Source of the DNA: an uncultured Myxococcales bacterium
Lineage (GTDB): Bacteria; Desulfobacterota; Binatia; UBA1149; SPBQ01
Direction of reading: 5' to 3'
NCBI GenBank assembly: GCA_964597375.1
Contig: CAZQYE010000001.1
Coordinates: forward strand, 1-42,946
Length of the DNA stretch: 42,946 bases
The notes under the pieces were generated by a model. It did no database searches and was not told the DNA's origin. It saw only the letters and a program-made list of their open reading frames with translations. Shown piece after piece: positions 19,743 through 30,598 of this stretch. A program made the position numbers and the translations under genes. Positions within the stretch are counted from its first letter, which is position 1; each line of letters begins with the position of its first letter.

Positions 19743-20995
19743 GCTACCAGCGGACGATCGAGTGGCTGTATGCCCTCGAGGCGCGCGCGGGAATGGATTT
19801 CCGACTCGAGCGCCTCTACGGCGTACTCGATCGACTCGGCAACCCCCAGCTGGAGTTCCCCGCGGTGCACCTGGTGGGTACCAACGGAAAGGGCTCGACG
19901 GCGGCCATGCTGCACTCGGTGTATCACACCGCGGGGTACCGCGTCGGTCTCTACACGTCGCCCCATCTGGTGTCGTTTCGCGAACGGATCGTCGTCGGAG
20001 GACGGCGGATCGAGCGCGACGCGGTGGTACGGCACGTGGAGGAGATCCGCCGCGCCGCCGATGCGGCGAATGTGTCGCTGACGTTTTTCGAGATTGCCAC
20101 GCTGACAGCGTTGCTCGAGTTCCGCGACGCACGAGTCGATCTCGCCGTCGTCGAGGCCGGACTAGGAGGGCGGCTCGATGCGACGAACGTGGTGCAATCG
20201 GTCGCCACCGTCCTTACCTCGGTCGGTAGAGACCACGAAGCCTATTTGGGCGATCGCATCGAGGGGATCGCGGCGGAAAAAGTCGCGGTTGTGCGCGAAA
20301 AAGGGACGCTGGTCAGCGGGCCTCTTCCTGTCGAGGCGCTTGCGGTGGTACGGGAGCGGGTCCGCAGGACCGGTGCCGTTTGGCTTCACTACGGCCGGGA
20401 CTTCGGTCCCTCCGAGGCCGTTCGGCCGGGGGGCGCGGGGCCGGGGCTACGAGGCGCCCACCAGCGTCGCAATGCCGGGGTGGCGACGGCCGTCGTCGGG
20501 GCGCTCGCCGATCGGTTTCCCGTGGCGGCCGAGGTTCGCGATCGGGCGCTGGCCAACACGCGCTGGCCCGGCCGGCTCGAAGTCTTCGAAGGGCAGCCGC
20601 GCGTGATCGCCGATGCGGCGCACAACCCGCAGGCGGCCGCATGCCTGCGGGAGGCGTTGTCTCCTCTGCTCGCCTCGGGGAAGGTCGTGCTGTTGTTCGG
20701 TGTCATGGCGGACAAAGACTGGCGCGAAATGTTGTGTACCCTGGTGCCGATCTGCGATCATGTCGTATTGGCGCCGGTGGCGGTCGGGCGCAGTCTTGAT
20801 CCACGCCAAGCGCTCGAGGTCGCGGCGGGACTCCGCATGACGACGGTGGCGCTTTCCGCCGGCGAAGGGCTCGACGCGGCGATTGCGGCGGCCGGAAGGG
20901 ATGGAACGGTGGTAGTGACGGGCTCCATCTTTCTCGTGGGAGAGCTTTACCCGCGCTTGTGCGGGCATGGGGGCCGCGGTGTTGCGGGGGGGTGA
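19739..20995 (+). CDS. folC: Bifunctional folylpolyglutamate synthase / dihydrofolate synthase
   Basis: GTG 19739 makes a GTGA overlap with the trpA stop. It has the Mur-ligase P-loop VHLVGTNGKGST, then EAGLGGRLDATNV, and a C-terminal Mur-ligase domain (...ADAAHNPQAA...). Confidence 0.9.
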   Translation: MSYQRTIEWLYALEARAGMDFRLERLYGVLDRLGNPQLEFPAVHLVGTNGKGSTAAMLHSVYHTAGYRVGLYTSPHLVSFRERIVVGGRRIERDAVVRHVEEIRRAADAANVSLTFFEIATLTALLEFRDARVDLAVVEAGLGGRLDATNVVQSVATVLTSVGRDHEAYLGDRIEGIAAEKVAVVREKGTLVSGPLPVEALAVVRERVRRTGAVWLHYGRDFGPSEAVRPGGAGPGLRGAHQRRNAGVATAVVGALADRFPVAAEVRDRALANTRWPGRLEVFEGQPRVIADAAHNPQAAACLREALSPLLASGKVVLLFGVMADKDWREMLCTLVPICDHVVLAPVAVGRSLDPRQALEVAAGLRMTTVALSAGEGLDAAIAAAGRDGTVVVTGSIFLVGELYPRLCGHGGRGVAGG

Positions 20996-23240
20996 CCGGC
21001 GACCGTCTCCGGCGGTCGTTGCCGCAGCGCTGTGCGTGATCGTCCTCGGGGCCGCCGCGGTACGCGCCGGCGAGACGATCGACGTCGAGGCCGGTTCGAT
21101 CTCCTACGAGGCCGAAGGACAGGTCGTGCAGGCTTCGGGCGGCGTCGTTGCGCGCTGGGCGGACAAGACGTTGCGGGCCGGCGCGCTGCGATTCGAGCGT
21201 GAATCCGGCAAGCTGCGCGCCGAGGGTGGGATCGTTCTGGAAACGCCCCGCCTGACGCTGCGTGCTGCTTCCTGTGACCTCGACGTGGACGACGAGACGG
21301 GCATCCTGCGCAACGTGTCGCTGACGTCGAAGACGTCGGATGCTCGGTTCGGCGGCAAGACCGTCGAAAAGCGCCGCGGGAGCCGCTATGCGCTCGAGCG
21401 CGGCTACTTCACGACGTGCCGGGAGATGCCCGGACATCCGCCGGACTGGGAACTGGCAGGCCGGCGGGTCAAGTTCAAAGTCGACGGAACCGGCACGGTT
21501 CGAGACGGTACGTTCCGCGTCCGCGGCGTTCCGTTGCTGTACATCCCGTACATGCGCTTTCCCGCCGGGGTCCGCCGGCAGAGTGGGTTGCTGATGCCTC
21601 GGGTGGGCCTTTCGAACGAACGCGGGTTCATCTATTCGCAGCCTTTCTTCTGGGCGATCGACAAGCACAAGGACGCGACGTTCACCGCGGATCTCGAGAC
21701 CGCGGCACGTGTCGGCGGACAGGTGGAGCTGCGGTACCGGCCGCGGCGCGACGTCGACGGCAGGATCGAGGTCGCCGCGTACAACGAGCACATTCGCGGC
21801 AACGCGCGGACGCAGATCGTCTCGCCGCAGTTTGCCGGGAGAACGATTCCCGAGAACCGGGCGATGCTCGAGGTTTCGCATCGCCAGGGACTCGGTGAGG
21901 ATTCGCTTCTCTACCTCGATACTCTGCTCGTGAGCGACGACCTCCTGTTGCGCGAAGCGGAATCCGTGGCGAGCCGCTTGCAGCGCCGCTCGGCCCGGCG
22001 TTCGCTTCGCTACACGGATTCGCGTCTTGGCGTGCTCAGCCACCACGGCTTCACTACGTTGGGCGCACGCACGCGCGTGTACCAGGACTTCTTTGGGGCC
22101 GACCGGCTCACGGTACAGCGCCCCCTCGAGCTGTGGCTGCAACGAGACGGCGATCTCGGTGCGGGAGTCGGCTATGCCGTCGATGCCACGCTGAGCTCCT
22201 TTTACCGGCCGCGCGGATACGATGGGCAGCGTGTCGACGTCGTTACGCAGGTCGAGCGTGCATTGACGTCGTACTCTCCGATCCGTGCCAACGCCTGGGC
22301 GCGCGGCCGTTTGACGGCCTACCGGATGAACGACCAGACGGTCGTCGACGACACGGGTCAGGCGCTCGGCCAGCTCTCCCCGCGTGCCGCGAGGGCCCTG
22401 GCCGAGGGGGGCGTCGAAGTGAAGACGGTGCTGTCCCGGCGGTTCCAGGTGCCGGCATTCTTGTTGCCGGTGCTGCTCGGCGAGCGGTCGGATTCAGGGC
22501 AGGCGTGGGAGCACACGATCGAGCCGTTTGCGCGGCTGCGTGCTACCACGAACTCGACCGCCGATCTGCCGCTTTATGACGAGGTCGATCGCATCGACGG
22601 CCGTTCGGTCGCCACGTACGGGCTCGCATCGCGGTTCCTGCTCGACGATGATCGAGGCGCTGCCTTCGAGACGCTGCGTCTCTCGGCCGAACAGAGCTAC
22701 AACTTCGACGAGCAAGTACTCGACGATCATTTCTCCGACATCGACTTTACTCTTTCGTTGCGCTCTCGGTGGGGGCTGGCCCTGCGCGGTCTGGCGTCGT
22801 ACAACGTCGGCGACGGCCGGCTGATGGGTGCGGCCAGTGCGCTGTCGCTCGAAGGCATTCGGCTTCCCTGGACCAAGGTGCCGGGATCACGGGTCCAGGC
22901 AGTGTATCGATTCGTCCGCGGCGAGGTGCTCGAGACCGCTGAAGGGCGGGCGATCTTGGCGCTGAGCGAGCACTTCAGTGTCGGATTGAACGGCCGCTTC
23001 GATTTCGTAGGCAGTACCTTCGTCGAAAGCGGCGGTGGAATCCGTTACCGTTCCGGATGCGGATGTTGGGCGATCGACGTCGGTGTTCTCAATCGCGTCA
23101 ATCCGGATGAGTTACAGTTGCGGGTCGAGGTCGAACTGGCCGGATTGGGTAGCCTAGGCAGCTCACCGTTGTTCAAGACGTCGCGTAGACTCGCGGCCCT
23201 CTACGGCGTGGACCGAGGGTACAGGCGCTACGGTTGGTGA
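20967..23240 (+). CDS. lptD: LPS-assembly outer-membrane protein LptD (OstA family)
   Basis: 757 aa with signal-like N-terminus VVAAALCVIVLGAAAVRAGE. The OstA-type N-terminal beta-jellyroll runs IDVEAGSISYEAEGQVVQASGGVVARWADKTLRAGALRFERESGKLRAEGGIVL. It continues ...YFTTC....PDWELAGRRVKF and GVPLLYIPYMRFP, then a long beta-barrel region. The start may instead be GTG 20979 or TTG 20982. Confidence 0.85.
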   Translation: MGAAVLRGGDRRPSPAVVAAALCVIVLGAAAVRAGETIDVEAGSISYEAEGQVVQASGGVVARWADKTLRAGALRFERESGKLRAEGGIVLETPRLTLRAASCDLDVDDETGILRNVSLTSKTSDARFGGKTVEKRRGSRYALERGYFTTCREMPGHPPDWELAGRRVKFKVDGTGTVRDGTFRVRGVPLLYIPYMRFPAGVRRQSGLLMPRVGLSNERGFIYSQPFFWAIDKHKDATFTADLETAARVGGQVELRYRPRRDVDGRIEVAAYNEHIRGNARTQIVSPQFAGRTIPENRAMLEVSHRQGLGEDSLLYLDTLLVSDDLLLREAESVASRLQRRSARRSLRYTDSRLGVLSHHGFTTLGARTRVYQDFFGADRLTVQRPLELWLQRDGDLGAGVGYAVDATLSSFYRPRGYDGQRVDVVTQVERALTSYSPIRANAWARGRLTAYRMNDQTVVDDTGQALGQLSPRAARALAEGGVEVKTVLSRRFQVPAFLLPVLLGERSDSGQAWEHTIEPFARLRATTNSTADLPLYDEVDRIDGRSVATYGLASRFLLDDDRGAAFETLRLSAEQSYNFDEQVLDDHFSDIDFTLSLRSRWGLALRGLASYNVGDGRLMGAASALSLEGIRLPWTKVPGSRVQAVYRFVRGEVLETAEGRAILALSEHFSVGLNGRFDFVGSTFVESGGGIRYRSGCGCWAIDVGVLNRVNPDELQLRVEVELAGLGSLGSSPLFKTSRRLAALYGVDRGYRRYGW

Positions 23241-23273
23241 TCGCCGCGGGCAGGACTGGACAGGAGAAACGCA

Positions 23274-23654
23274 ATGGACGGATCATCGGGCGGTGGGAGG
23301 CGGGTGGTGAAACGTGTGGACAAGCCTTGGGGCTACGAGTTGATCTGGGCGCACACGGACCGCTACGTCGGGAAGATTCTCCACATCGAGGCAGGCCAAG
23401 CTCTCAGTTACCAGTATCACCGCAAGAAAGAAGAGACGATTTATGTCTTGCGGGGTGAGTTGATCCTGCACTACGCGGCCGGCGGCGAGGCCCCACAGAC
23501 CCTCCGGCTGGGCGAGGGGGAGGTGTTCCACATTGCCCCGGGCCTCCGCCACCGGTTCGAGGCCGCGGCGCCGGTGGACTTACTCGAGACCTCGACGCCC
23601 GAACTCGACGACGTGGTTCGGCTCGAGGACCGCTACGGGCGCAGCGATCGCTGA
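23274..23654 (+). CDS. Stand-alone cupin, type II phosphomannose-isomerase-like domain
   Basis: 126 aa. KPWGYELIWAHTDRYVGKILHIEAGQALSYQYHRKKEETIYVLRGELIL...HIAPGLRHRF resembles the C-terminal cupin of ManC/WbpW-type PMI. CAGGAG lies upstream. Confidence 0.7.
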   Translation: MDGSSGGGRRVVKRVDKPWGYELIWAHTDRYVGKILHIEAGQALSYQYHRKKEETIYVLRGELILHYAAGGEAPQTLRLGEGEVFHIAPGLRHRFEAAAPVDLLETSTPELDDVVRLEDRYGRSDR

Positions 23655-24568
23655 TGCCCGCCGGCGATTTGGCTCTGGTCACGGGCGCGACCGGCTTCGC
23701 CGGCCCCTACTTGTGCCGGGCGTTGCGCGAGGCCGGATATGCCGTCGCCACCCTCGCCCGTACCGGCGACGCCGACTACCGGGTCGATGTGCTCGACCGG
23801 CAAGCCGTGCTCGGTTCGTTCCGCGAACTGAAGCCCCGCTGGGTCTACCATTTGGCGGCCTTTGCTCTGCCTGCGGCGGCCGACGCTCAGGCGGCGCTGG
23901 TCGAGCGGGTCAACTGCGGCGGAACCGAGAACGTGCTCGACGCCGCGGCTGAGGTCGGTGCCCGAACACTGTACGTCAGCAGCGCGATGGTCTACGGCGC
24001 GCGGGCGAGGGCCGACGGCCCGGCCGACGAACAAAGCCAGTTGCGACCGCGGGGAGCCTACGCTCGTTCGAAAGCGGCGGCCGAAAGGTTGTGTGCCGAA
24101 CGTAGCAGAGAGCAGGAGATCGTCGTCGTGCGTCCGTTCAATCACACGGGGCCCGGTCAGGCGCCGGACTACGTGTGCAGCGATTTCGCTCGTCAGATCG
24201 CGCTCTGCGAGAGCGGCCGGCGGCCGGCCGTCATCGAAGTCGGAGATCTGCGTGCAGAGCGCGATTTCTCGGATGTCCGGGACGTCGTGCGCGGCTACCT
24301 CCTTGCGCTGGTGGCTGGGCGTGTCGGAGCCACCTACAACGTGTGCTCGGGACGCGCGGTATCGATCCGGTCGGTGCTCGATACTCTGCTGGAGATGAGC
24401 CGGACCGAAATCGAAGTGCGCGTCGCCCGCGAAAGGCTGCGGAAGGGAGAACCGGACCGGTTGGTCGGGTCCTACCGACTGCTCGAGCGCGACACTGGCT
24501 GGCGGCCGCAGATTCCGCTGGAGAAGACGCTTGCCGATGTCCTGGACTACTGGCGAAGCCGTGTCTGA
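23654..24568 (+). CDS. NAD(P)-dependent SDR epimerase/reductase, GDP-6-deoxy-D-mannose reductase (Rmd)-like
   Basis: Rossmann motif LVTGATGFAGPYL and catalytic YARSKAAAE (YxxxK). RPFNHTGPGQ...EVGDLRAERDFSDVRDVVRGY...YNVCSG...TGWRPQIPLEKTL closely parallels the Pseudomonas Rmd sequence as I recall it. TGATG overlap with the cupin stop. Confidence 0.75.
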   Translation: MPAGDLALVTGATGFAGPYLCRALREAGYAVATLARTGDADYRVDVLDRQAVLGSFRELKPRWVYHLAAFALPAAADAQAALVERVNCGGTENVLDAAAEVGARTLYVSSAMVYGARARADGPADEQSQLRPRGAYARSKAAAERLCAERSREQEIVVVRPFNHTGPGQAPDYVCSDFARQIALCESGRRPAVIEVGDLRAERDFSDVRDVVRGYLLALVAGRVGATYNVCSGRAVSIRSVLDTLLEMSRTEIEVRVARERLRKGEPDRLVGSYRLLERDTGWRPQIPLEKTLADVLDYWRSRV

Positions 24569-24636
24569 AACAGACGTGTCGGTGTCCGCCCGTTCGGGTG
24601 AATCGATCGCCCGCTCTGCGCGTCGGAACTACTGAA

Positions 24637-25569
24637 GTGAAGCCGGTTGCCGCGGACATCGTCACGGGATTTCTCGGCAGTGGGAAGACGACCCTGCTGC
24701 GCCATGCGCTCGGCGGCGCGCTCGCCGGCGAGCGGGTGGTCGTCATCGTCAACGAGATCGGGGAGATTGGCATCGACGGCCGAGTCGTAACCGGTCTCGA
24801 CTACGTGGAACGAGTGATCGAGCTGTCGAGCGGATGCATCTGCTGTTCGATCGGAGAGTACCGTTTCGATCTGGCGGTGTCGCAGTTGATCGAGGCTGCG
24901 GATCCGACGCTCATGGTCATCGAGTCGACCGGCCTGGCCGATCCACGGCCGATGCTCGAGCGGGTCCGGCAAGCCGGCTTGGGGGTGGACGCCGTGATCA
25001 CCGTTGCCGACGCCGCGCATGTCGCGCGTGCTTTTCGGCTGAGTGGGGTCGCGCGACGACAGGTGGCGACGGCCGACTTCCTCGTCATCAACAAGACCGA
25101 CTTGGTGCCGGAGTCCTCGCTGCCGCGCGTCGAGCGCAGGCTGCGGCGGGTCAACGGGCGTGCGCGCGTGTTTTCGTGCAGCCACGGCAGGGTTCCAGCC
25201 GAACTGCTGTTCGCCACGGGTGTCGCCCGGAGCAGGAACGGGGCGCCGGCGAGCGGCGGCGCGGCCGATCATCTCGATCGGGACGGGTTCGAGGTGTTTT
25301 GCTACCGCAGTGATGCCGCAGTCGATCGCGAGCGCTTCGAGCGCTTTCTTGAAGGCCTGCCGAACGCGGTCTTTCGGGCCAAAGGCCTGATCCGTTTGCC
25401 CGCCAATCCGTGGCTCTGCCTATTCAACTTTACCTGTGGGCGTTACGAGCTGAAGTGGGTAAAATTGAACGAGGGCGCGCGGGGTGTCGAGGCCGTATTC
25501 ATCGGCCGCGGGCTCGGGCGCCTGCGTTCGCGGATCGAGGCGGATTTGGCACGCTGCCAAGTGGGATAG
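24637..25569 (+). CDS. COG0523-family (CobW/ZigA-like) G3E metallochaperone GTPase
   Basis: Lies inside ORF 24175-25569. GTG 24637 gives VKPVAADIVTGFLGSGKTTLL (P-loop). Other motifs are GCICCS (CxCC), ESTGLADP and NKTDL, plus a CobW_C-like C-terminus. GTG 24598 is an alternative start. Confidence 0.85.
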   Translation: MKPVAADIVTGFLGSGKTTLLRHALGGALAGERVVVIVNEIGEIGIDGRVVTGLDYVERVIELSSGCICCSIGEYRFDLAVSQLIEAADPTLMVIESTGLADPRPMLERVRQAGLGVDAVITVADAAHVARAFRLSGVARRQVATADFLVINKTDLVPESSLPRVERRLRRVNGRARVFSCSHGRVPAELLFATGVARSRNGAPASGGAADHLDRDGFEVFCYRSDAAVDRERFERFLEGLPNAVFRAKGLIRLPANPWLCLFNFTCGRYELKWVKLNEGARGVEAVFIGRGLGRLRSRIEADLARCQVG

Positions 25570-25571
25570 GA

Positions 25572-27292
<1,721 letters not shown>

Positions 27293-27293
<1 letters not shown>

Positions 27294-28186
27294 TGAACGG
27301 CTGCACGGCGATCGTGCCTGCATATGGTAGCGCGGCCACCATCGGACGCACGCTCCTCGACCTGCGCCGCGCATCCGGCGGCGCCGTGCGTCGAATCATC
27401 GCTGTCTGTTCGGACCGGGCCAGCGCAGCGGCGGCGCGCGCGGTGGAGGGGGTCGAAGTCATCGAGTCGCCCGCTCGTCTGTCGGGTGGGCGTGCCCGCA
27501 ATATCGGGCGCCGCGTGGCCGGTGCTGTGGATCTGCTGCTGTTCGTCGACGCGGACTGCCGCCTCGACTGCGATGCTCCGGCCCGATTGATCGCGGAGCT
27601 CGAGATCTCAGGAGTCGACGCCGTGGCGGCCCGCCTGGCTTCCGACGGCGTCGATGCCGTGTCGTGGGTGCGGCATTTGCTCGAGTTCAAGGATTACGAA
27701 CTGCCGGTACGGCGGCCGCTCTCGTGGATGACTCCGTCGGCGGTACTACTGTGCCGGGCCGAGGTGTTCGATCGAGCCGGCGGCTTTCCCGACATGTGGC
27801 CCGGCGAGGACTTGGTGTTTTGCCACCGTATTGCGCGCCGTGGGGGGCGGGTGGCGCTGTCGGCGTCCGTCTTGGCGCGGCACCGCCATCCTCCGGGTTG
27901 GAGGACGCTTCTGCGCCACCAGTGGCGACTCGGCAAGACGTCGGCGGCCGCGCGGCGCCTGACGGGAATGAAAGGAGAGTGGTTCGCCAGTCGGCCGTGG
28001 TTCGCCCCGTGCCTGGGCACCGCGCGGCTGGTTCGTTCGTTGCTTTGGGTGATGCGGCGCCGGCCTGCGGACATACGGCGGATGACGCTGCTGTGGGCGC
28101 CGCTGGTGGCGGCCCTTGGACTGTGGACGCTCGGCTTCGCCCGCGGGACGCTGGAGCGGCGGGCACCGGTGGAGAGTCGGCCGTGA
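27293..28186 (+). CDS. Glycosyltransferase family 2-like
   Basis: Lies inside ORF 27065-28186. GTG 27293 shares one base with the gspE TAG stop. It reads VNGCTAIVPAYGSAATIGRTL.... Motifs: SGGRARNIG, FVDADC (DxD), GEDLVFCHR. Hydrophobic C-terminal tail. Confidence 0.7.
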
Positions 28187-29067
28187 GCGGCCACGAGACG
28201 CACCGGGCGGCGCCGCGCGTGTCGGTCGTGGTAGTCCACTGGAACACCCCCCGCATGCTTGCGGCAGCGCTTTCGTCGGTTCGTGTCGGAGGGGTGGGAA
28301 CGACCTGCGAGACGATCGTCGTCGACAACGGGTCACGCGAAGATCCTGCAAGGATCGCTGAGCGGTTCGGGGCGCGTCTGGTTCGCAACGGGTGGAACCG
28401 CGGCTATGCGGCGGCGGCGAACCAGGGGGCTCGACTGGCCCGGGGCGATTACCTGCTATTTCTCAACAGTGATGCGACCCTGCGGCCTGGCGCCATTCGT
28501 GCCATGATCGCCCGCATGGAGCTCGATCCCTCGCTTGCGGCCGTGGCTCCGATACTCATCGATCGCGCCGGCGTGCGTCGCAGCCCGGCCCTGCGTTTTT
28601 TGGGGCCTTTCAATCATGCTCTGGCCCTTCTCGGTTTGCGGCATCGGCGGTTCGTGCGGTCGGCGGCGCGGCCCGAGGGACACGGGGCGCTATGGCTTTT
28701 GGGGGCAGTGCTGATGGTGCGGCGCCGGGCGTTCTGGGCCCTCGGTGGCTTCGACGAAGGATTTTTCTTCTACGAGGAAGACGAGGACCTTGGTTGGCGA
28801 CTCACCCGGCGCGGGTACCGGACTGCGGTGGTTGCCGAGGCCGAGGCCGTGCACCGAGGCGGGGCGTCGCTGCCGCCCGCCACCGCCTGGCCCATCGAGC
28901 AGCTCTATGTCGGCCAGCGGCGCTTCGTCCGCCGGCGCTACGGTGCAATCGGGGAGCTGCTCTACCGGCTGTGCGTTTCGGCGGTACTACTCGGTAAAGC
29001 TGCTTGCCGCTCCCGGCCCGTGCTTTCGAATGGATCGTTGCGGGCCCTGTGGCGGCCGGCATCGTGA
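28183..29067 (+). CDS. Glycosyltransferase family 2 (COG1216, rhamnosyltransferase-like)
   Basis: Lies inside ORF 27664-29067. GTG 28183 makes a GTGA overlap. Motifs: VSVVVVHWNTPRML, VVDNGSRED, NRGYAAAANQG, LNSDATL, GGFDEGFFFYEEDEDLGWRL. Confidence 0.8.
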   Translation: MSGHETHRAAPRVSVVVVHWNTPRMLAAALSSVRVGGVGTTCETIVVDNGSREDPARIAERFGARLVRNGWNRGYAAAANQGARLARGDYLLFLNSDATLRPGAIRAMIARMELDPSLAAVAPILIDRAGVRRSPALRFLGPFNHALALLGLRHRRFVRSAARPEGHGALWLLGAVLMVRRRAFWALGGFDEGFFFYEEDEDLGWRLTRRGYRTAVVAEAEAVHRGGASLPPATAWPIEQLYVGQRRFVRRRYGAIGELLYRLCVSAVLLGKAACRSRPVLSNGSLRALWRPAS

Positions 29068-29849
29068 ATGCTGCTGCGGCGATTTCGGTGGGCGAGGTTC
29101 TGCAGTACCGCGATTGCCTGCGTATTCTGACGGCGCGTGCTCTGAAGGTACGTTACAGGCGGTCGGTGCTCGGCTTCGGCTGGAGCCTGCTGTATCCGCT
29201 GCTGTCGATGCTGATTCTGACCGCGGTGTTTGCCCGCGTCTTTCCCGCAGTCTCCTCGTATCCGGTCTACGTGATCGTCGGCGTGCTGGCGTGGGGGTTC
29301 ATCTCGCTGAGCTCCCTGCAGGCGATGGATTCGTTGATCGGGGGGGCGAACGTATTGCGCCGGGTGTACGTTCCACCCGCCGTCTTTCCTCTTTCGGTGG
29401 TCGCGGCCAACCTGGTGCACTTTCTGCTTTCGATTCTCGTTCTTCCGGTCGTGATGGCCGTCGTCGGTGCCTGGCCCGGCTGGCATCCACTGCTGCTTGG
29501 TGCCGGACTGCTCTGTCTGACGGCGTTTGCAACGGGACTGGCACTTGCGCTCGCGGCCTGCAATTTGTTCTTCAGGGACGTCCGCTACTTTTTCGAAGCG
29601 CTGCTGCTGATGTGGTTTTACGCCACGCCGATCGTGTATCCGGCCGGCGTGATTCCAGGGGACCTGCGCTTCATGTTGTGGGCCAACCCGATGCACTGGC
29701 TGCTCGCCGTCATGCGAGGCGCGCTGTACCCCGGAGCCGAGGTCCGTTTGAGCGAGCTGGCCATGGCGGTTTGTGTCGCCGTAACCTGCCTCGGGCTCGG
29801 TTGGGCCGTATTCGACCGCTGCCAGAAGCGGTTTTACTTGTATTGGTGA
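29064..29849 (+). CDS. ABC-2 type polysaccharide export permease (Wzm-like)
   Basis: Lies inside ORF 29004-29849. GTG 29064 makes a GTGA overlap. ...VLQYRDCLRILTARALKVRYRRSVLGFGWSLLYPLL is the ABC-2 N-terminal signature. About six hydrophobic spans. Confidence 0.8.
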   Translation: MNAAAAISVGEVLQYRDCLRILTARALKVRYRRSVLGFGWSLLYPLLSMLILTAVFARVFPAVSSYPVYVIVGVLAWGFISLSSLQAMDSLIGGANVLRRVYVPPAVFPLSVVAANLVHFLLSILVLPVVMAVVGAWPGWHPLLLGAGLLCLTAFATGLALALAACNLFFRDVRYFFEALLLMWFYATPIVYPAGVIPGDLRFMLWANPMHWLLAVMRGALYPGAEVRLSELAMAVCVAVTCLGLGWAVFDRCQKRFYLYW

Positions 29850-30598
29850 CGGAGCTGCGTGAACAAGTCGTCGTCGTTCGCGACCTCCACGTCCGCCTCC
29901 GGCAGGAACGCGATCGGATTCGCTCGCTGCGTGAGTACGTCGTTCGCCGGCTGCAACGCGCATTCCTCGCTGCGGACTGGATCGACGTGCTGCGAAACGT
30001 CTCCTTCTCCCTCGGGCGCGGGGAGTTGCTCGCGGTTCTCGGCCCCAACGGGGCCGGCAAGACGACGTTGCTGAGGGTGCTGGCCGGTATCATTCCGCCC
30101 GCCGGCGGCGGGGTCGAGGTGCGCGGACGCGTCGCTCCCCTGATCGATCTCGGCGCCGGATTCGATCCGGAGCTGACCGGCAACGAAAACATCGAACTCT
30201 TCGGTACGATTCTTGGGTTGTCGTTGCGTGAGGTTCGCCGCCGGGTGCCGGCGATTCGGGCGTTTGCCGATCTCGGCGACGCACTCGATTCGCCGCTGCG
30301 CAACTATTCCTCAGGCATGGTCGCGCGCCTTGGCTTTGCGGTTGCTACCGAGGCTGCGCCGGACGTACTGCTCGTCGACGAGGCGCTCGCCGTGGGGGAC
30401 GAGGAGTTTCGCGGGCGCTGCTTCGCCAGAATTGCTCAGCTTCGGGCCGGTGGAACGGCGATCGTCCTCGTGAGCCACGATTTGCCTCTGGTGCGGGAGC
30501 GGGCGGATCGTGCTCTTCTCCTGCGCGACGGCCGCCAACTGCGGATTGGAAGTGCGGCCGACGTCGTCGACGCGTACCTGCGGGAGGTGGCCTCGTGA
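29846..30598 (+). CDS. Polysaccharide/teichoic-acid-type export ABC ATPase (Wzt/TagH-like, no C-terminal carbohydrate-binding extension)
   Basis: This is the C-terminal 250 aa of ORF 28745-30598. GTG 29846 makes a GTGA overlap. Motifs: Walker A GPNGAGKTTLL, signature YSSGM, Walker B VLLVDEAL, H-loop VSHD. Confidence 0.88.
   Translation: MTELREQVVVVRDLHVRLRQERDRIRSLREYVVRRLQRAFLAADWIDVLRNVSFSLGRGELLAVLGPNGAGKTTLLRVLAGIIPPAGGGVEVRGRVAPLIDLGAGFDPELTGNENIELFGTILGLSLREVRRRVPAIRAFADLGDALDSPLRNYSSGMVARLGFAVATEAAPDVLLVDEALAVGDEEFRGRCFARIAQLRAGGTAIVLVSHDLPLVRERADRALLLRDGRQLRIGSAADVVDAYLREVAS

Noticed and set aside
18717-22142. Minus-strand ORFs 18717-20132 (471 aa) and 20703-22142 (479 aa)
   Set aside because: They are antisense to trpB/trpA/folC and to folC/lptD. 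They are Arg/Pro/Gly-rich low-complexity translations with no motifs. The plus-strand genes fully explain the region.
28745-30598. 617-aa plus-strand ORF that looks like a large fusion protein ending in an ABC ATPase
   Set aside because: Only the last 250 aa (from GTG 29846) are ATPase-like. The upstream 367 aa lie in an alternative frame over the GT2 3' end and the whole Wzm-like permease gene, and they read as Arg/Gly/Ala low complexity. The GTGA junction at 29846 gives a clean start.
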